A DNA stretch of 42,598 nucleotides from an uncultured Holophagales bacterium (GCA_963842525.1 CAWJGT010000026.1:1-42598); one strand, 5' to 3'; shown: positions 29,936 to 40,094, counted from the first letter of the stretch. Translations and numbers: made by a program. The notes: generated from the letters alone by a model not told the origin.

Positions 29936-31596
29936 GGCTTGCGCGGCCCCTGGGCCGGAGGCCTGGGCTGGGGCTGGGCCGGTGGGCGCCCCGGTGTCGC
30001 GGGAGCCTGCGGGGTGACCGCTCCCGGAGCCGGCGCCGGCTGGGTGCCGGGTTGTGTCGTCGTCGGATCCGGCCGGTTTTCGACGAGCGCCTTGTACCGC
30101 CCCACGGCCCGGGTGAGCGCCTCGACCAGGGCGGAGCGATAGGCGGCGTCCTGGAGCTTCTTCTCCTCCTCCGGATTGCTGATGAATCCGAGCTCGACGA
30201 GGACCGCGGGCATGGCCGCCCCGACGAGGACGCGGAACGGCGCCTGCTTGACCCCGCGGTCGCGGAGCTGGAGCGCCTGGTTGAGCTCGCCCTGGATCAG
30301 GTTGGCGAACCGCTGGCTCTCCGCCAGGTGGTGCGTCTGCGCGAGGTCCCACAGGATGAGCTGGAGGTCGCGGGCCTCCAGCCCGGTCGTCCCCTCGGGG
30401 ACCGCGGGCTCCGTGATCGTGGTGTTCTCGGATTCGGCGGCGCGCGCGGCGCGGACGTCCGTGGGCTCGGTGCTCAGGAAATAGGTCTCCGCCCCGTGCG
30501 CCCCGGAGCCGATCGAGGAGTTCAGGTGCAGCGAGATGAAGAGGTCCGCCTGGTTCTGGTTGGCGATCGCCGTCCGGGTCTCGTGCGGCAGGCTCGCGTC
30601 GTCGTTGCGGGTGAGGACCACACTGACGCCGAGGCTCCCTTCGAGCCGGGCCTTCAGATCGCGGGCGAGCACCAGGGTCAGCTCCTTCTCCGCCACACCG
30701 CTCGGGCTGATGGCCCCGGTCTCCGCGCCGCCATGGCCGGGATCGAGGACGATCGTGCGGACGCCGGGCGACAAGGGGCGCGGCGCCGGCCGCAACCCCG
30801 GCGAGACAGGCATCTCCGCGGCTGAAGCGAGGTGGACGTCGAACACGATCCGGTAGGGGCCCTCCAGCACGTAGCTCGAGACCTCCGCGGCCGGCACGGT
30901 CTGGATGCGGATCTGCTCGGGAGCGATGGTCACACTCTGGACCAGCGGGTCGGCGACGGCAGGGGGCTGCACGGGCGGCGCCAGCCGGTCGCCGGCCATC
31001 TGCACCAGGATCTGGCCCGGCTGCCGCTGGATCTGGTAGCGGGGAGCCTCGGTGAACTGGAGCACCACCGTGGTCATGCCCTGCAGATGGACCACGTCGA
31101 GGAAGACCGGGAGCTCGCGCGCGGCCCGCTTCGCGATGAGCAGGCGTTGCAGCTCGGGGCGCCACTCGAAGGAATAGCCCAGAAGGTCGCCGAACGTCCG
31201 CTGGAGGAAGTCGAGCGGCACCTGGAGCGTGCTCTCGCCGCGCGCCACCGGCTGGGACAGGGAGACGATGTTGTCCCCCACCGTGATGATGGAGCTGCCG
31301 ACGCCGATCACCACCTCCTTGCCCTCGAGGTCCAGGTTGAAGCTCTCGCCTTCCACTTCGGGCGAGAGCTTGCCGCCCAGGTTGTTGGCCAGCGCGGCCA
31401 GTCCGAACGTGGGTCCGGCCGGGGTGATGATCACGGGGACGGGGATCTCGCCGCCTTCGAAGATGACCGCAGGCTGGCGGAACGCGGTGGGCGGGGTGGG
31501 CGGAGGCGGCTCCGTCCGTTGCGCTTGCGCGGCCAGGAAAACGGGCAGGACAAGGCTGACGAGAGCGAGGGTTCCCAGGAAGCGCCTGTCGTTCAC
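29932..31596 (-). CDS. N-acetylmuramoyl-L-alanine amidase (Amidase_3)
   Basis: IVLDPGHGG, EKELTL, FISLHLN, VLVELGFISN; signal peptide after GTG 31596. Confidence 0.92.
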   Translation of the reverse strand: MNDRRFLGTLALVSLVLPVFLAAQAQRTEPPPPTPPTAFRQPAVIFEGGEIPVPVIITPAGPTFGLAALANNLGGKLSPEVEGESFNLDLEGKEVVIGVGSSIITVGDNIVSLSQPVARGESTLQVPLDFLQRTFGDLLGYSFEWRPELQRLLIAKRAARELPVFLDVVHLQGMTTVVLQFTEAPRYQIQRQPGQILVQMAGDRLAPPVQPPAVADPLVQSVTIAPEQIRIQTVPAAEVSSYVLEGPYRIVFDVHLASAAEMPVSPGLRPAPRPLSPGVRTIVLDPGHGGAETGAISPSGVAEKELTLVLARDLKARLEGSLGVSVVLTRNDDASLPHETRTAIANQNQADLFISLHLNSSIGSGAHGAETYFLSTEPTDVRAARAAESENTTITEPAVPEGTTGLEARDLQLILWDLAQTHHLAESQRFANLIQGELNQALQLRDRGVKQAPFRVLVGAAMPAVLVELGFISNPEEEKKLQDAAYRSALVEALTRAVGRYKALVENRPDPTTTQPGTQPAPAPGAVTPQAPATPGRPPAQPQPRPPAQGPRKP

Positions 31597-31747
31597 GCGG
31601 GAGAGGATACCACCCGCCGGAGCGGGAGGAGGGGGTAGGAGGGACGGACCTCCGGCCAAGGCCCATCCCTGGGTTGGAAAGGATGTACTTCGGTTGTCAA
31701 AGAACAGGGGACGTGCGCGACGCACGCAGGGGCGCGCGATGCCGCTC

Positions 31748-32071
31748 TCACCTACATGGCGCGCTTCGTTTCTCGACGGCCGGCCGCTGCCACACGAGGT
31801 CGTGCCGCTGCCGCTCGGGGTCGTGCCGCTGCCGCACACGGTCGTGCGGCTGCGGCGCGAGGTCGTGCGCGAGCGGCAGGGCCTCCTGCGGCTGCCACAC
31901 ACGGCCGTGCGGCTGCGGCTGGAGGTCCTGCGGCTGCGGCGCGGGGTCGAGCGTGAGCGGCGCGACCCCGCGCGGCTGCGGCGCGAGGTCGTGCGGCTGC
32001 GGCTGGAGGTTGTGCCGCAGCGGCTCGGCCGTGCGTTTCTGGCGCTCACCCCCACGCGTCCCGTGCGACAT
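31748..32071 (-). CDS. Small heptad-repeat protein (HDLAPQP-like units)
   Basis: AAAGGAGG SD shortly before ATG 32071; promoter-like TTGACA-N17-GATTCT upstream; ORF spans the 21-bp array. Confidence 0.45.
   Translation of the reverse strand: MSHGTRGGERQKRTAEPLRHNLQPQPHDLAPQPRGVAPLTLDPAPQPQDLQPQPHGRVWQPQEALPLAHDLAPQPHDRVRQRHDPERQRHDLVWQRPAVEKRSAPCR
31786..32030. repeat. Degenerate 21-bp tandem array (~11-12 units, consensus close to GCTGCGGCGCGAGGTCGTGCG)
   Basis: Units readable in register without indels. Confidence 0.85.
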
Positions 32072-32164
32072 GCTCTGCCTCCTTTGCTGGAGCCTTTTCG
32101 GCTCTCGAACTCCGGGCGCCGGGATTGGCGCGGGGAGGAGCCCTGCCAACTGCTTGGTGCGCAT

Positions 32165-32229
32165 AGAATCCACGGAGTGCACGGCACTGTCAAGCGGTCA
32201 CTGGACATTTTTCCCATCCGTGGTAGGAT
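32165..32229. promoter_or_regulatory. Back-to-back putative sigma70 promoters
   Basis: Minus: TTGACA(32193-32188)-N17-GATTCT; plus: TGGACA(32202)-N16-TAGGAT with TG upstream of the -10. Confidence 0.45.
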
Positions 32230-32486
32230 GCAGCATATTGAAGGAGGCGTGATGCCGATCCTCCGTACGCCCGGCTTCCGCAGCGGTTCCGGAGGATCGG
32301 CACGACGTGAGCGCCGCAGGAGGCGTTCTTTGACAATTGAAGCAAGGGACGGCGGCCCCCCGGGCCAAGGGCGCCGCCGTCCGCCCGGTCAGGGCGCGAG
32401 CCGTGTGCGATACGATGAGCCTATTGTGGCCCAGCGTCCGCGCCGGGCCGGTCATCTGCTCATCTGCGTCTCAGGAGAGGAAAGCG

Positions 32487-32888
32487 ATGGACATCCGCCA
32501 GTTCCGGGTCGTGGTCCGAGCCAAGAATTTCGAGAACACCAGCCGTTTCTATGGCGAATCGCTGGCCTTCCCGCGGTTGCAGAGTTGGGACCGCGAGGAC
32601 GAGCGGGGGGCGCTCTTCCAGGCCGGAGCGGCCGTGGTCCAGGTCCTGGGCCGTTCCACCGCCGCCGAAGACCCCAGCCGCTGGGACGAGACCTACGACT
32701 ACGTCGGCCCCAAGCACAAGATGACCCTGGTCCTCCTCGTCCCCTCGGCCGAGAAGGCCTACGAAGAGATCCTCTTCCGCGACAAGAACATCCCCGGCGG
32801 CCTGCGCCGCGACGCCGACGGCGGCCTCATCTTCGAGACCCACGACCCCGACGGTGTCAAGGTCATCTTCAAACAGGCGGAGGGGTGA
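32487..32888 (+). CDS. VOC/glyoxalase family protein
   Basis: NFENTSRFYGESLAF...FETHDPDGVKVIF; GGAGAGG SD. Confidence 0.85.
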   Translation: MDIRQFRVVVRAKNFENTSRFYGESLAFPRLQSWDREDERGALFQAGAAVVQVLGRSTAAEDPSRWDETYDYVGPKHKMTLVLLVPSAEKAYEEILFRDKNIPGGLRRDADGGLIFETHDPDGVKVIFKQAEG

Positions 32889-32952
32889 GGCGGGGACGGT
32901 GAGCGCGCCCTGAGGCTCCACGGACGCGCAGCCCTCCTCGAAAGGTCCGGCC

Positions 32953-35900
32953 TTGGCGCAGCTCAATTTCGACGTCTTCTTGTCACACAGCGGTGCGGAC
33001 AAGCTCGCTGTGGAAGCGCTCGCCCACCGCCTCGAAGCAGAGGGGATCGGCTGCTGGCTGGACAAGTGGAACCTGGTGCCTGGAGAGCCGTGGCAGGAGG
33101 CCATTGAGGATGCGCTCGACCGCTGCGCCACCTGCGCCGTCTTCCTGGGTCCCGGCGGCATAGGCCCGTGGGAGAACGAGGAGATGCGTGCGGCCCTGGA
33201 GCGGCGGGTCGCCGAGGCCAAGGCGGGCCCGGAAGGCCGGCCCTCCTTCCGGGTGATCCCGGTCTGGTTGCCCGGCTCGTCAGCCGATCTGCCCTCACCC
33301 AGATTCCTGAGGCGACTCACCTGGGTCCGCTTCGAGCGGAGCCTCGATGAAGAGGACGCCTTTCATCGACTCCTGAGTGGCATCCGAGGCGTCTCCCCCG
33401 GTGCCAGCCGCGGGCTGAAGCCAACAGCAACCGCTACACCACCCTACCGGGGCCTCCGGGCCTTCGACATCTCCGATGCTCCGTACTTCTTCGGCCGGGA
33501 AGAGTGGGTCGAGCGGCTCCTCCAAAGGCTTGATGGAGGCATCCGTTTCCTCGCCGTGGTGGGACCCTCGGGGAGCGGCAAGTCCTCTCTTGCCCGGGCC
33601 GGCCTCCTTGCCGCGCTCAGGGCTGGGAGAATCGAGGGGAGCGGCGGTTGGCCCCAGACCATCTGCCGCCCAGGGGCGGAGCCCCTCCTCAACCTTGCCG
33701 GCGAGCTGAGTGGCGGTGGGGTGGAGTCTTTCGGAGCAGTCCGTGATCTGGCGCACGGGCTCGCCCAGGATCGCGGGGCCCTCCATCTCGCCGTGCAGTT
33801 GGCCCTTCGCGGCCAACCTGAAGAGACGCGTTTCGTCCTGCTCGTCGATCAGCTCGAAGAGCTGTTTACCCATGGTGTTTCTGAGAAGAACCAGAAGGCT
33901 TTCCTGGATAACCTCCACTACGCCGCCACGGTTGCGGGTGGACATACCCTCGTCATCGCAACGCTCCGGGCCGACTTCTACGGCAGACTCGCGGACCATC
34001 CCCTTGCCAAGCTCCTCCCAGATCATCATGTCCTCCTGGGCAGGATGACGCCGGAAGAGCTGCGACTGGCCATCGAGGCACCCGCTCAAAAGGAAGCCTA
34101 TGAGTTGGAATCTGGTTTGATCGAGCTGCTGCTGCGCGACGTGGAGGGCCAGCCCGGATACCTGCCGCTGCTCCAGCACGCCCTCTATGAGCTGTGGGAA
34201 CGACGCAATGGCCGCCGCATGACCGTAGCTGCCTATCGCAACATCGGCGGGGTGGCTGGAGCTCTGAAGAGACGGGCCGAGGAGGTCTTTGAATCGCTCT
34301 CACAAGGGGAACGGGAAATTTGCCGCCGAATCCTGCTCTGCCTCACTCAACCTGCCGAGAGTGGTTCCTATACCCGCCGGCGAGCGCGATTCGAAGAGCT
34401 GGCCGCAGTTTCCGGTGATTCGGCAGCGGTTGAGCCCGTCTTGCGCCCGCTCACGGCCGCCCGCTTGGTGGTGGCTGCCGAGGTCGATGGCAGCCCGTGG
34501 ATCGAGGTGGCACACGAGGCGATCATTCAGCACTGGGATCGACTCCAGGGTTGGCTCTTCGAGGACCAGGAACTCCTCCTCTGGCGCCAGCGGCTGCGGG
34601 GCAGCATAGCGCAATGGGAAACAGCCGGCCAGGAGGAAGGCGCCCTCCTCCATGGCGCTCTGCTGAGTGAGGCCGAGCGCTGGCTGGACACTCGGCCGGA
34701 AGATCTGACCGAGGAGGAGCGGCGGTTCATCCGTGAGAGCGTTGCATACCGGGAGCGTTCCAAGGCACGAGAGGAGAGCCGGAAAAAGCGTGAGATCTGG
34801 ACGCTGCGGATCGTGACAGGCGTCATCACTCTCTTTCTTTTAGGCGTCTCTCTGGCCTTGTGGTTCGCCGTCCAGCAGAGAAATCGAGCCACAGCCCGTT
34901 ACTTGGCCGCCCAATCGGATGGTCTCCGTGAGAGCCGTCACCAAACGGCCGCGCTCCTGGCACTCGAAGCCTTCCGGCTCACCGATAAGGCTGGCCAGCC
35001 TCGTTTTCCACCAATCGAGCAGGCGCTGCGGCAAGCGCTCCTCCCGTTCGGCGGGCGCGTTCTGGGGAGCTACCGTGGACTTTACCGGAAGATCGTCGCC
35101 AGTCCCGACCGCACCTGGGTCGCCGGCCTTGGAGTTGATGGGAAGGTGCGGGTCTGGAACCTGAGCACAGCCGATCCCGCTTCCAGTGAGCAGGTCTTTC
35201 CAGGCACAGAAGGTGAGCCGTCTTTCTTCGAGATCAGTCCGGCGAACCGGTGGCTTCTGATCGGGACACCAGATGCCAGGATTCTGCGTCTCGAGAGACT
35301 CGATGGCCCGTCCGAGTCAAGAAGGGTCTCACTGCCGGGCCGCCTTCTTCTCGCAAGCTTCAGCACCGACGATCACTGGCTCGCCTTGCGTGCCGAAAGC
35401 GAAGGCGTTCGGCTGCACGATCTCACCGCCCAGACTCCCGAGCGCCGGTTCGATTTCGGCACCCAAGTCAACTCCGTTGCATTTAGCCGCCCAGATGGAC
35501 ATCAGATGGCAACGGGAATCGATGATGGGACGGTGCACCTATGGTCGCTGGATGGTCGTGCAAAGCCTTTGATCTCTCCCTCGTGTGGCCGGGCTCTCAG
35601 CGCATTAAGCTTCGTTCCCGGAGCAGACGCCCTAGTCGCAGCCGATATTGTCGGGACCTTCTGGCGCTGGAGATGGCGCGGAGGGGAAGCCCTGGAGGTG
35701 ATCGGCGGCCGCCAGAGCAATCTCGACTCCGGCGATCTCCGCGTCAGCCGCAATGGACGCTGGCTCGTTGTCTGGGATGCCGATACCCAATCATTCTGGC
35801 TCGTGAGTCTCGTCGCCAACTCGGGAAATATATCCGTCTCGGGCGGAATTACCGCCTTTGCAGCGACGAATACTTGGGTGTCGTACGCGGCAGGAGGCGC

Positions 35901-37278
35901 GACATGGTTGTTTGATATAGATGAGGAAATGAAGAACGAAAGGCAGGATACTCCTCCTTTGGAAAATCGGAAGGGAAGTGTCCGCGCAATAGAGATCCGC
36001 AACTGCTGCTTGGTTGCTGGCGGTGACGACCTTACTGCTCACCTTTGGCGCCCGTCGGCAGGGCGAGTAGTCCTAGATGCTGCGTTGGGCGGCCATGATG
36101 GCCCAGTGGAGGTGCTGGGAGTGGACAATGACGAGCGATGGTTGCTTACCAGTGGATCACAGGGAAGACCGCCTCGGCTCTGGGATATTCAGCACGACCC
36201 CATCCTATCAGGAGAGCCGCTGCGGCTGAGCAGACCCGATGACAATGGTCTCTTTGGAGGGCTCCTGCTGGGTATCCGCGGCGACCAGCTACTAGCAATG
36301 GACTGGAGGGGGAGGTCCGGCTCATCGGCGCTTGGCACAAATAAGCCTCTCATCTGGAGAGATTCTGTGCCCATTGCCCTCTACACGATTCCTGGCACTA
36401 CAATTTGGTCGGGCTCTCTCGGACCGGACGGTCATCGCCTCGCGATACCGACTTACGACGACAGGATTCTCCTCTTCGACCTGAATAGCTCCCCTCCTCA
36501 CATCCTTAGGCAACTTCCAGAAACAGGAGTCGCCAGGACGGCGCTCGACCCCATGGGCCGCTGGTTGGCCCTGGGCCTAGAGACATCACCGCCCAGCAGA
36601 AACGCGGGACTAGTTCTCTGGGATCTCAGGAAACCGACTCCAGTGCGTCATCAAAGGCGTGGAAATCACGATGAAATGAGCGCCCTGGCGTTCAGCCCTG
36701 ACGGGCACTGGCTGGTGAGCGCCGGTAAAGACGGCGTCGCCCACCTTTGGTCCCTTGAGCCGCAGCTTGCCGAGATGCCCCGAGTGCTCGAGTCAGGGGG
36801 CGAGATCACCACTGCCGCTTTCGGCACCGGCGGATGGTTGGCGCTCGCGGGTGAGGACCGGATCGTGCGCCTCTGGCAGAATCCTGGGGATCTCGCAAGC
36901 ACAGCAGCTCCCGATCAGAGCTTGGAGGGCGCTGCTGAGACGATCCTGTCCCTTGCCTTCGGACCGGACTCATGGATGGCGGCCGGTGGTTCAGAAGGAA
37001 CGGTCTATCTGTGGAACCGGAAGCTCTATCCTCAGACTCCCATCGTTCTGAAGAAACACCGGAGCCCGCTGCGTACAGTCGCCTTCAGTCCCGATGGCCG
37101 CTGGCTGGTGAGTGCCGATGAGCAGGGCGAGGTTTTTCGTTGGAGCATGCGTGACGAGGATCTTGAAGCTTTCGCCTGCCAGACCGTAGGCCGTAATCTC
37201 AGTCACAAGGAGTGGAAAAATTACTTCCCCGGCCAGAAGTATCGCCAGACATGCCCCGATCTGCCGCCCGGCGACTGA
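32953..37278 (+). CDS. TIR - STAND NTPase (nSTAND1-like) - TM - WD40 repeat protein
   Basis: FDVFLSH...WENEEM (TIR), PYRGLRAF...FFGRE, GPSGSGKSS, LLVDQLEELF, EVAHEA, TM IVTGVITLFLLGVSLALWFAV, many AFSPDG/LWD repeats. Confidence 0.92.
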   Translation: MAQLNFDVFLSHSGADKLAVEALAHRLEAEGIGCWLDKWNLVPGEPWQEAIEDALDRCATCAVFLGPGGIGPWENEEMRAALERRVAEAKAGPEGRPSFRVIPVWLPGSSADLPSPRFLRRLTWVRFERSLDEEDAFHRLLSGIRGVSPGASRGLKPTATATPPYRGLRAFDISDAPYFFGREEWVERLLQRLDGGIRFLAVVGPSGSGKSSLARAGLLAALRAGRIEGSGGWPQTICRPGAEPLLNLAGELSGGGVESFGAVRDLAHGLAQDRGALHLAVQLALRGQPEETRFVLLVDQLEELFTHGVSEKNQKAFLDNLHYAATVAGGHTLVIATLRADFYGRLADHPLAKLLPDHHVLLGRMTPEELRLAIEAPAQKEAYELESGLIELLLRDVEGQPGYLPLLQHALYELWERRNGRRMTVAAYRNIGGVAGALKRRAEEVFESLSQGEREICRRILLCLTQPAESGSYTRRRARFEELAAVSGDSAAVEPVLRPLTAARLVVAAEVDGSPWIEVAHEAIIQHWDRLQGWLFEDQELLLWRQRLRGSIAQWETAGQEEGALLHGALLSEAERWLDTRPEDLTEEERRFIRESVAYRERSKAREESRKKREIWTLRIVTGVITLFLLGVSLALWFAVQQRNRATARYLAAQSDGLRESRHQTAALLALEAFRLTDKAGQPRFPPIEQALRQALLPFGGRVLGSYRGLYRKIVASPDRTWVAGLGVDGKVRVWNLSTADPASSEQVFPGTEGEPSFFEISPANRWLLIGTPDARILRLERLDGPSESRRVSLPGRLLLASFSTDDHWLALRAESEGVRLHDLTAQTPERRFDFGTQVNSVAFSRPDGHQMATGIDDGTVHLWSLDGRAKPLISPSCGRALSALSFVPGADALVAADIVGTFWRWRWRGGEALEVIGGRQSNLDSGDLRVSRNGRWLVVWDADTQSFWLVSLVANSGNISVSGGITAFAATNTWVSYAAGGATWLFDIDEEMKNERQDTPPLENRKGSVRAIEIRNCCLVAGGDDLTAHLWRPSAGRVVLDAALGGHDGPVEVLGVDNDERWLLTSGSQGRPPRLWDIQHDPILSGEPLRLSRPDDNGLFGGLLLGIRGDQLLAMDWRGRSGSSALGTNKPLIWRDSVPIALYTIPGTTIWSGSLGPDGHRLAIPTYDDRILLFDLNSSPPHILRQLPETGVARTALDPMGRWLALGLETSPPSRNAGLVLWDLRKPTPVRHQRRGNHDEMSALAFSPDGHWLVSAGKDGVAHLWSLEPQLAEMPRVLESGGEITTAAFGTGGWLALAGEDRIVRLWQNPGDLASTAAPDQSLEGAAETILSLAFGPDSWMAAGGSEGTVYLWNRKLYPQTPIVLKKHRSPLRTVAFSPDGRWLVSADEQGEVFRWSMRDEDLEAFACQTVGRNLSHKEWKNYFPGQKYRQTCPDLPPGD

Positions 37279-37281
37279 TCC

Positions 37282-38229
37282 CTACCCGTAGCTCTCCCGA
37301 TGCACCCGTTGCCGCGGCACGCCGATCGCTTCGAGCGCCGCGAGCACCGTCTCCAGAAACCTTGGTGCGGGCTCCTCACCGCGCTGTTTGGCGGCTTGGC
37401 GATCAAACTTGGTGATGCCGGGGCCGCAGGTGAAGACTTCGATGGCTGTGGGGTCGGAGATGTGCTCGCGGAGCAGGGCTTCGCTCACCCGGCCGGCGCG
37501 GACATGCGGTGCGCGGCGGACGGCTTCAGGATCGCGGCTCAGGGTGTGGACGACCTTCAGCTTGTCGGGGAAGCGCGCCGAGAGCTCGTCGAGCTGAGGG
37601 CGGAAGATGATGTCGTCCAAGGTCTTGTTGCCGTAGATCAGGGTGTGGCGGACCTTCATCCCCGTCTCCAGGCAGTGCTTGAGGATGCTGAAGTTGGGCA
37701 CGCTCCCCGAGCCGGCGCAGATGTGCACGAGGTGGTCGGTGCGCGACTCGATGTCCGGCGGCAGGACGTAGGGGCCGCCGAAGCCGGTCACCACCATGCG
37801 TGTGCCCGGCTGAGTGCGCCAGACGAGGAGCGGTGAGAGGAGGGGCGGATACCTGGTCACGCCGGAGACGTACTGCTCCTCCTTGACCGTCGCCGCCAGG
37901 TACTGCTCGTGCGGCGCCGAGGAGAGCGAATAGGCGCGCGCCGGCTCCTTCTTCCCCTTCAGGTCTTCGAAGTACTTGCAGAAGCGGTCGAGGGATGGGA
38001 ACTGTTGCGGCTCGATGGTCAGGAAGTGGCCGGGCTGGTAGTCCAGCCGGTCGTTGCCGGTGAAGAGCACCAGGGTGGCGGTGTCCGGCGTTTCCCGGAT
38101 CACCTCGGCCACCATGACCTCCATCTTCTTGATCCGCGGCCGGGGCGCAGTTTCGGGATCGGCGGCTCCGGATGACACCCGGGGCGTTTCGAGCGGTGCG
38201 GCGGCTCCGGGATCGATCGGCTCGATCAT
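37282..38229 (-). CDS. Ferredoxin-NADP reductase-like FAD/NAD(P)-binding oxidoreductase
   Basis: YQPGHFL, RAYSLSS, AGSGSVP, LIYGNK, FTCGP, HRESYG. Confidence 0.85.
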   Translation of the reverse strand: MIEPIDPGAAAPLETPRVSSGAADPETAPRPRIKKMEVMVAEVIRETPDTATLVLFTGNDRLDYQPGHFLTIEPQQFPSLDRFCKYFEDLKGKKEPARAYSLSSAPHEQYLAATVKEEQYVSGVTRYPPLLSPLLVWRTQPGTRMVVTGFGGPYVLPPDIESRTDHLVHICAGSGSVPNFSILKHCLETGMKVRHTLIYGNKTLDDIIFRPQLDELSARFPDKLKVVHTLSRDPEAVRRAPHVRAGRVSEALLREHISDPTAIEVFTCGPGITKFDRQAAKQRGEEPAPRFLETVLAALEAIGVPRQRVHRESYG

Positions 38230-39998
38230 GGGGCATCCCCCTTCTCGGTCCAGGCTCCGAGCTGGGGCAGGTCGTCCGGGTTGGCATGCAGAGTCGGCGA
38301 GGAATTGGTCGAGGAATTATCGCCGACCTCCCGCTCGCGGGTCTGCACCGGTTCGGACCATTCGACGCGGAAGACGGGGACCGCCTGCGCCTTCCCTTTG
38401 AGCGGCAGGGGGGCGAGCGCGGAGACCGGCGGTGGGCTGGCCAGCGATGTGTAGAGGTCGTGGGTGATGAGGATCTCCCCCGGGCTCGCCTCGGAGCAGA
38501 GGCGCGCCGCGGTGTTGACCGCGTCGCCGATCACCGTGTACTCCAGCCGGCGGTCGCTGCCGATGTTGCCGGCGAAGACCTCGCCGATGCCGATCCCGAT
38601 GCCCACCGCCAGCGGCGGCCGGCCCTCCCGGTGCCAATGCGCGTTGAGCTCCTCCAGCTTGCGCTGCATCAGGATGGCCGCCTGCATGGCGCGGTCGGGA
38701 TCGTCCTCCCGGGCCAGGGGGGCGCCCCAGAGCGCCATCAGGGCGTCTCCCATGAATTTGTCCAACGTCCCGCCGTTCTCGAAGACGACATCCACCATCT
38801 CGGTGAAGTAGTCGCTCAGGAGGGTGGCAATCTCGTCCGGGCTCATCTGCTCGGAGAGCGATGTGAAGCCGCGGATGTCCGAAAACAGGATGGTGACCCG
38901 CCGCTTGGCACCGCCGAGCTGCACCGCTTCGGCCTGGCCGCTGATCTGCCGCGCCAGGTCGGGCGCGAAGTAGCGCTGGAAATTGGACAGCACGACCGCC
39001 TCCCGCCGCACCCGTTCGACGAGCTGGCTGTTCTCGAGGGCCATTGCCACCATGCCGGAGAAGGCGGTCAGGAATTCCAGGTCCTCCTCGCTGAAGGAAT
39101 GCGGGGCGTCCAGGTTGTCCAGGTAGATAAGGCCGAGGACGGTGCCCTGCTGGCCCAGCAGCGGCGCGCAGAGGGCGCTCTGGACGTGCTGCCGCAGGAT
39201 CGTCCCCTCGCCGAACCGCTGGTCGGCGGCGACGTTCTCGATCAGCACCGCCACCCGCTCGGCCACCACCTTGCGGGCGATGGAGCGCGGCACGCGCCAC
39301 TCGCCGGAGAAGCCGGGGGTGCGGCAGCGCAGGATGCGGGGCTTCAGGGTCTCGCCGTCGCTTCCCAGCAGGATGGCGACCCGGTCGACGCTCATGACCT
39401 GGAAAGCCACGTCGGTGACCTTTTCAAGGAGTCGGTCGAGCTCGGTCTGCTGGGAGAGCTCCTTGGCGATGTCCAGGAGGAGGTCGAGCTTCCGGGCCTG
39501 GCGGTCGGCGGTGGATTCGCCGCCGATCTTGAGCATGGACGCGCCGGAGGGGGCCCCGGAGAGGCGGGCGGCGATATCGGCCGTGCCGCGTACCGGCTTC
39601 TGGCGGAGGATGGTGGCGTCGAGGTTGCTGTCGTCGTTCGAGGGAGCCTGGAGCTCGGCCGGCTGCTCGTCGTGGACCTCGAATTCGACTTTGCCGAAGG
39701 CGACCCGCGCGCCGGGCGGGGCCAGGGCCTCGCGCACCCGCTCGCCGTTGACGAAAGTGCCATTCGTCGAGTGCAGGTCGCGGATGAACGCCTGGCCGTC
39801 GACGAGAAGGAGCTCGGCGTGCTGTCGCGAGACGGTGGGGTCGTTGAGGGGCAGATCGCAGGCGACCGCCCGGCCGACGAGGAGCGGGCGCCCGCTCGGC
39901 AGCGTCAGGGTCCGATCTCCGGCGGTGGCGACCAGCTTCAACGGCAAGACAGAACCTCGACGGGCGTAAAGCCCCGAATCTTCTACCCTACTATACAA
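38226..39998 (-). CDS. FHA-GAF-adenylate/guanylate cyclase (start may be ~45 nt further in)
   Basis: VGR...VSRQHA...STNGTFVNG (FHA), SALCAPL...IYLDN (GAF), LFSDIRGFT, DKFMGD, YTVIGDAVNTAARL (class III cyclase, ATP-type K/T residues). Confidence 0.92.
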   Translation of the reverse strand: MYSRVEDSGLYARRGSVLPLKLVATAGDRTLTLPSGRPLLVGRAVACDLPLNDPTVSRQHAELLLVDGQAFIRDLHSTNGTFVNGERVREALAPPGARVAFGKVEFEVHDEQPAELQAPSNDDSNLDATILRQKPVRGTADIAARLSGAPSGASMLKIGGESTADRQARKLDLLLDIAKELSQQTELDRLLEKVTDVAFQVMSVDRVAILLGSDGETLKPRILRCRTPGFSGEWRVPRSIARKVVAERVAVLIENVAADQRFGEGTILRQHVQSALCAPLLGQQGTVLGLIYLDNLDAPHSFSEEDLEFLTAFSGMVAMALENSQLVERVRREAVVLSNFQRYFAPDLARQISGQAEAVQLGGAKRRVTILFSDIRGFTSLSEQMSPDEIATLLSDYFTEMVDVVFENGGTLDKFMGDALMALWGAPLAREDDPDRAMQAAILMQRKLEELNAHWHREGRPPLAVGIGIGIGEVFAGNIGSDRRLEYTVIGDAVNTAARLCSEASPGEILITHDLYTSLASPPPVSALAPLPLKGKAQAVPVFRVEWSEPVQTREREVGDNSSTNSSPTLHANPDDLPQLGAWTEKGDAP

Positions 39999-40094
39999 AG
40001 TCCGGAATACAGCCAGCCGGTTGAACGGTTGAGACTGTCTGTGCTACGCTTCGCGCGTCCCGAGCGGGATGACGCGGAAGCGTCGGACGCATGT

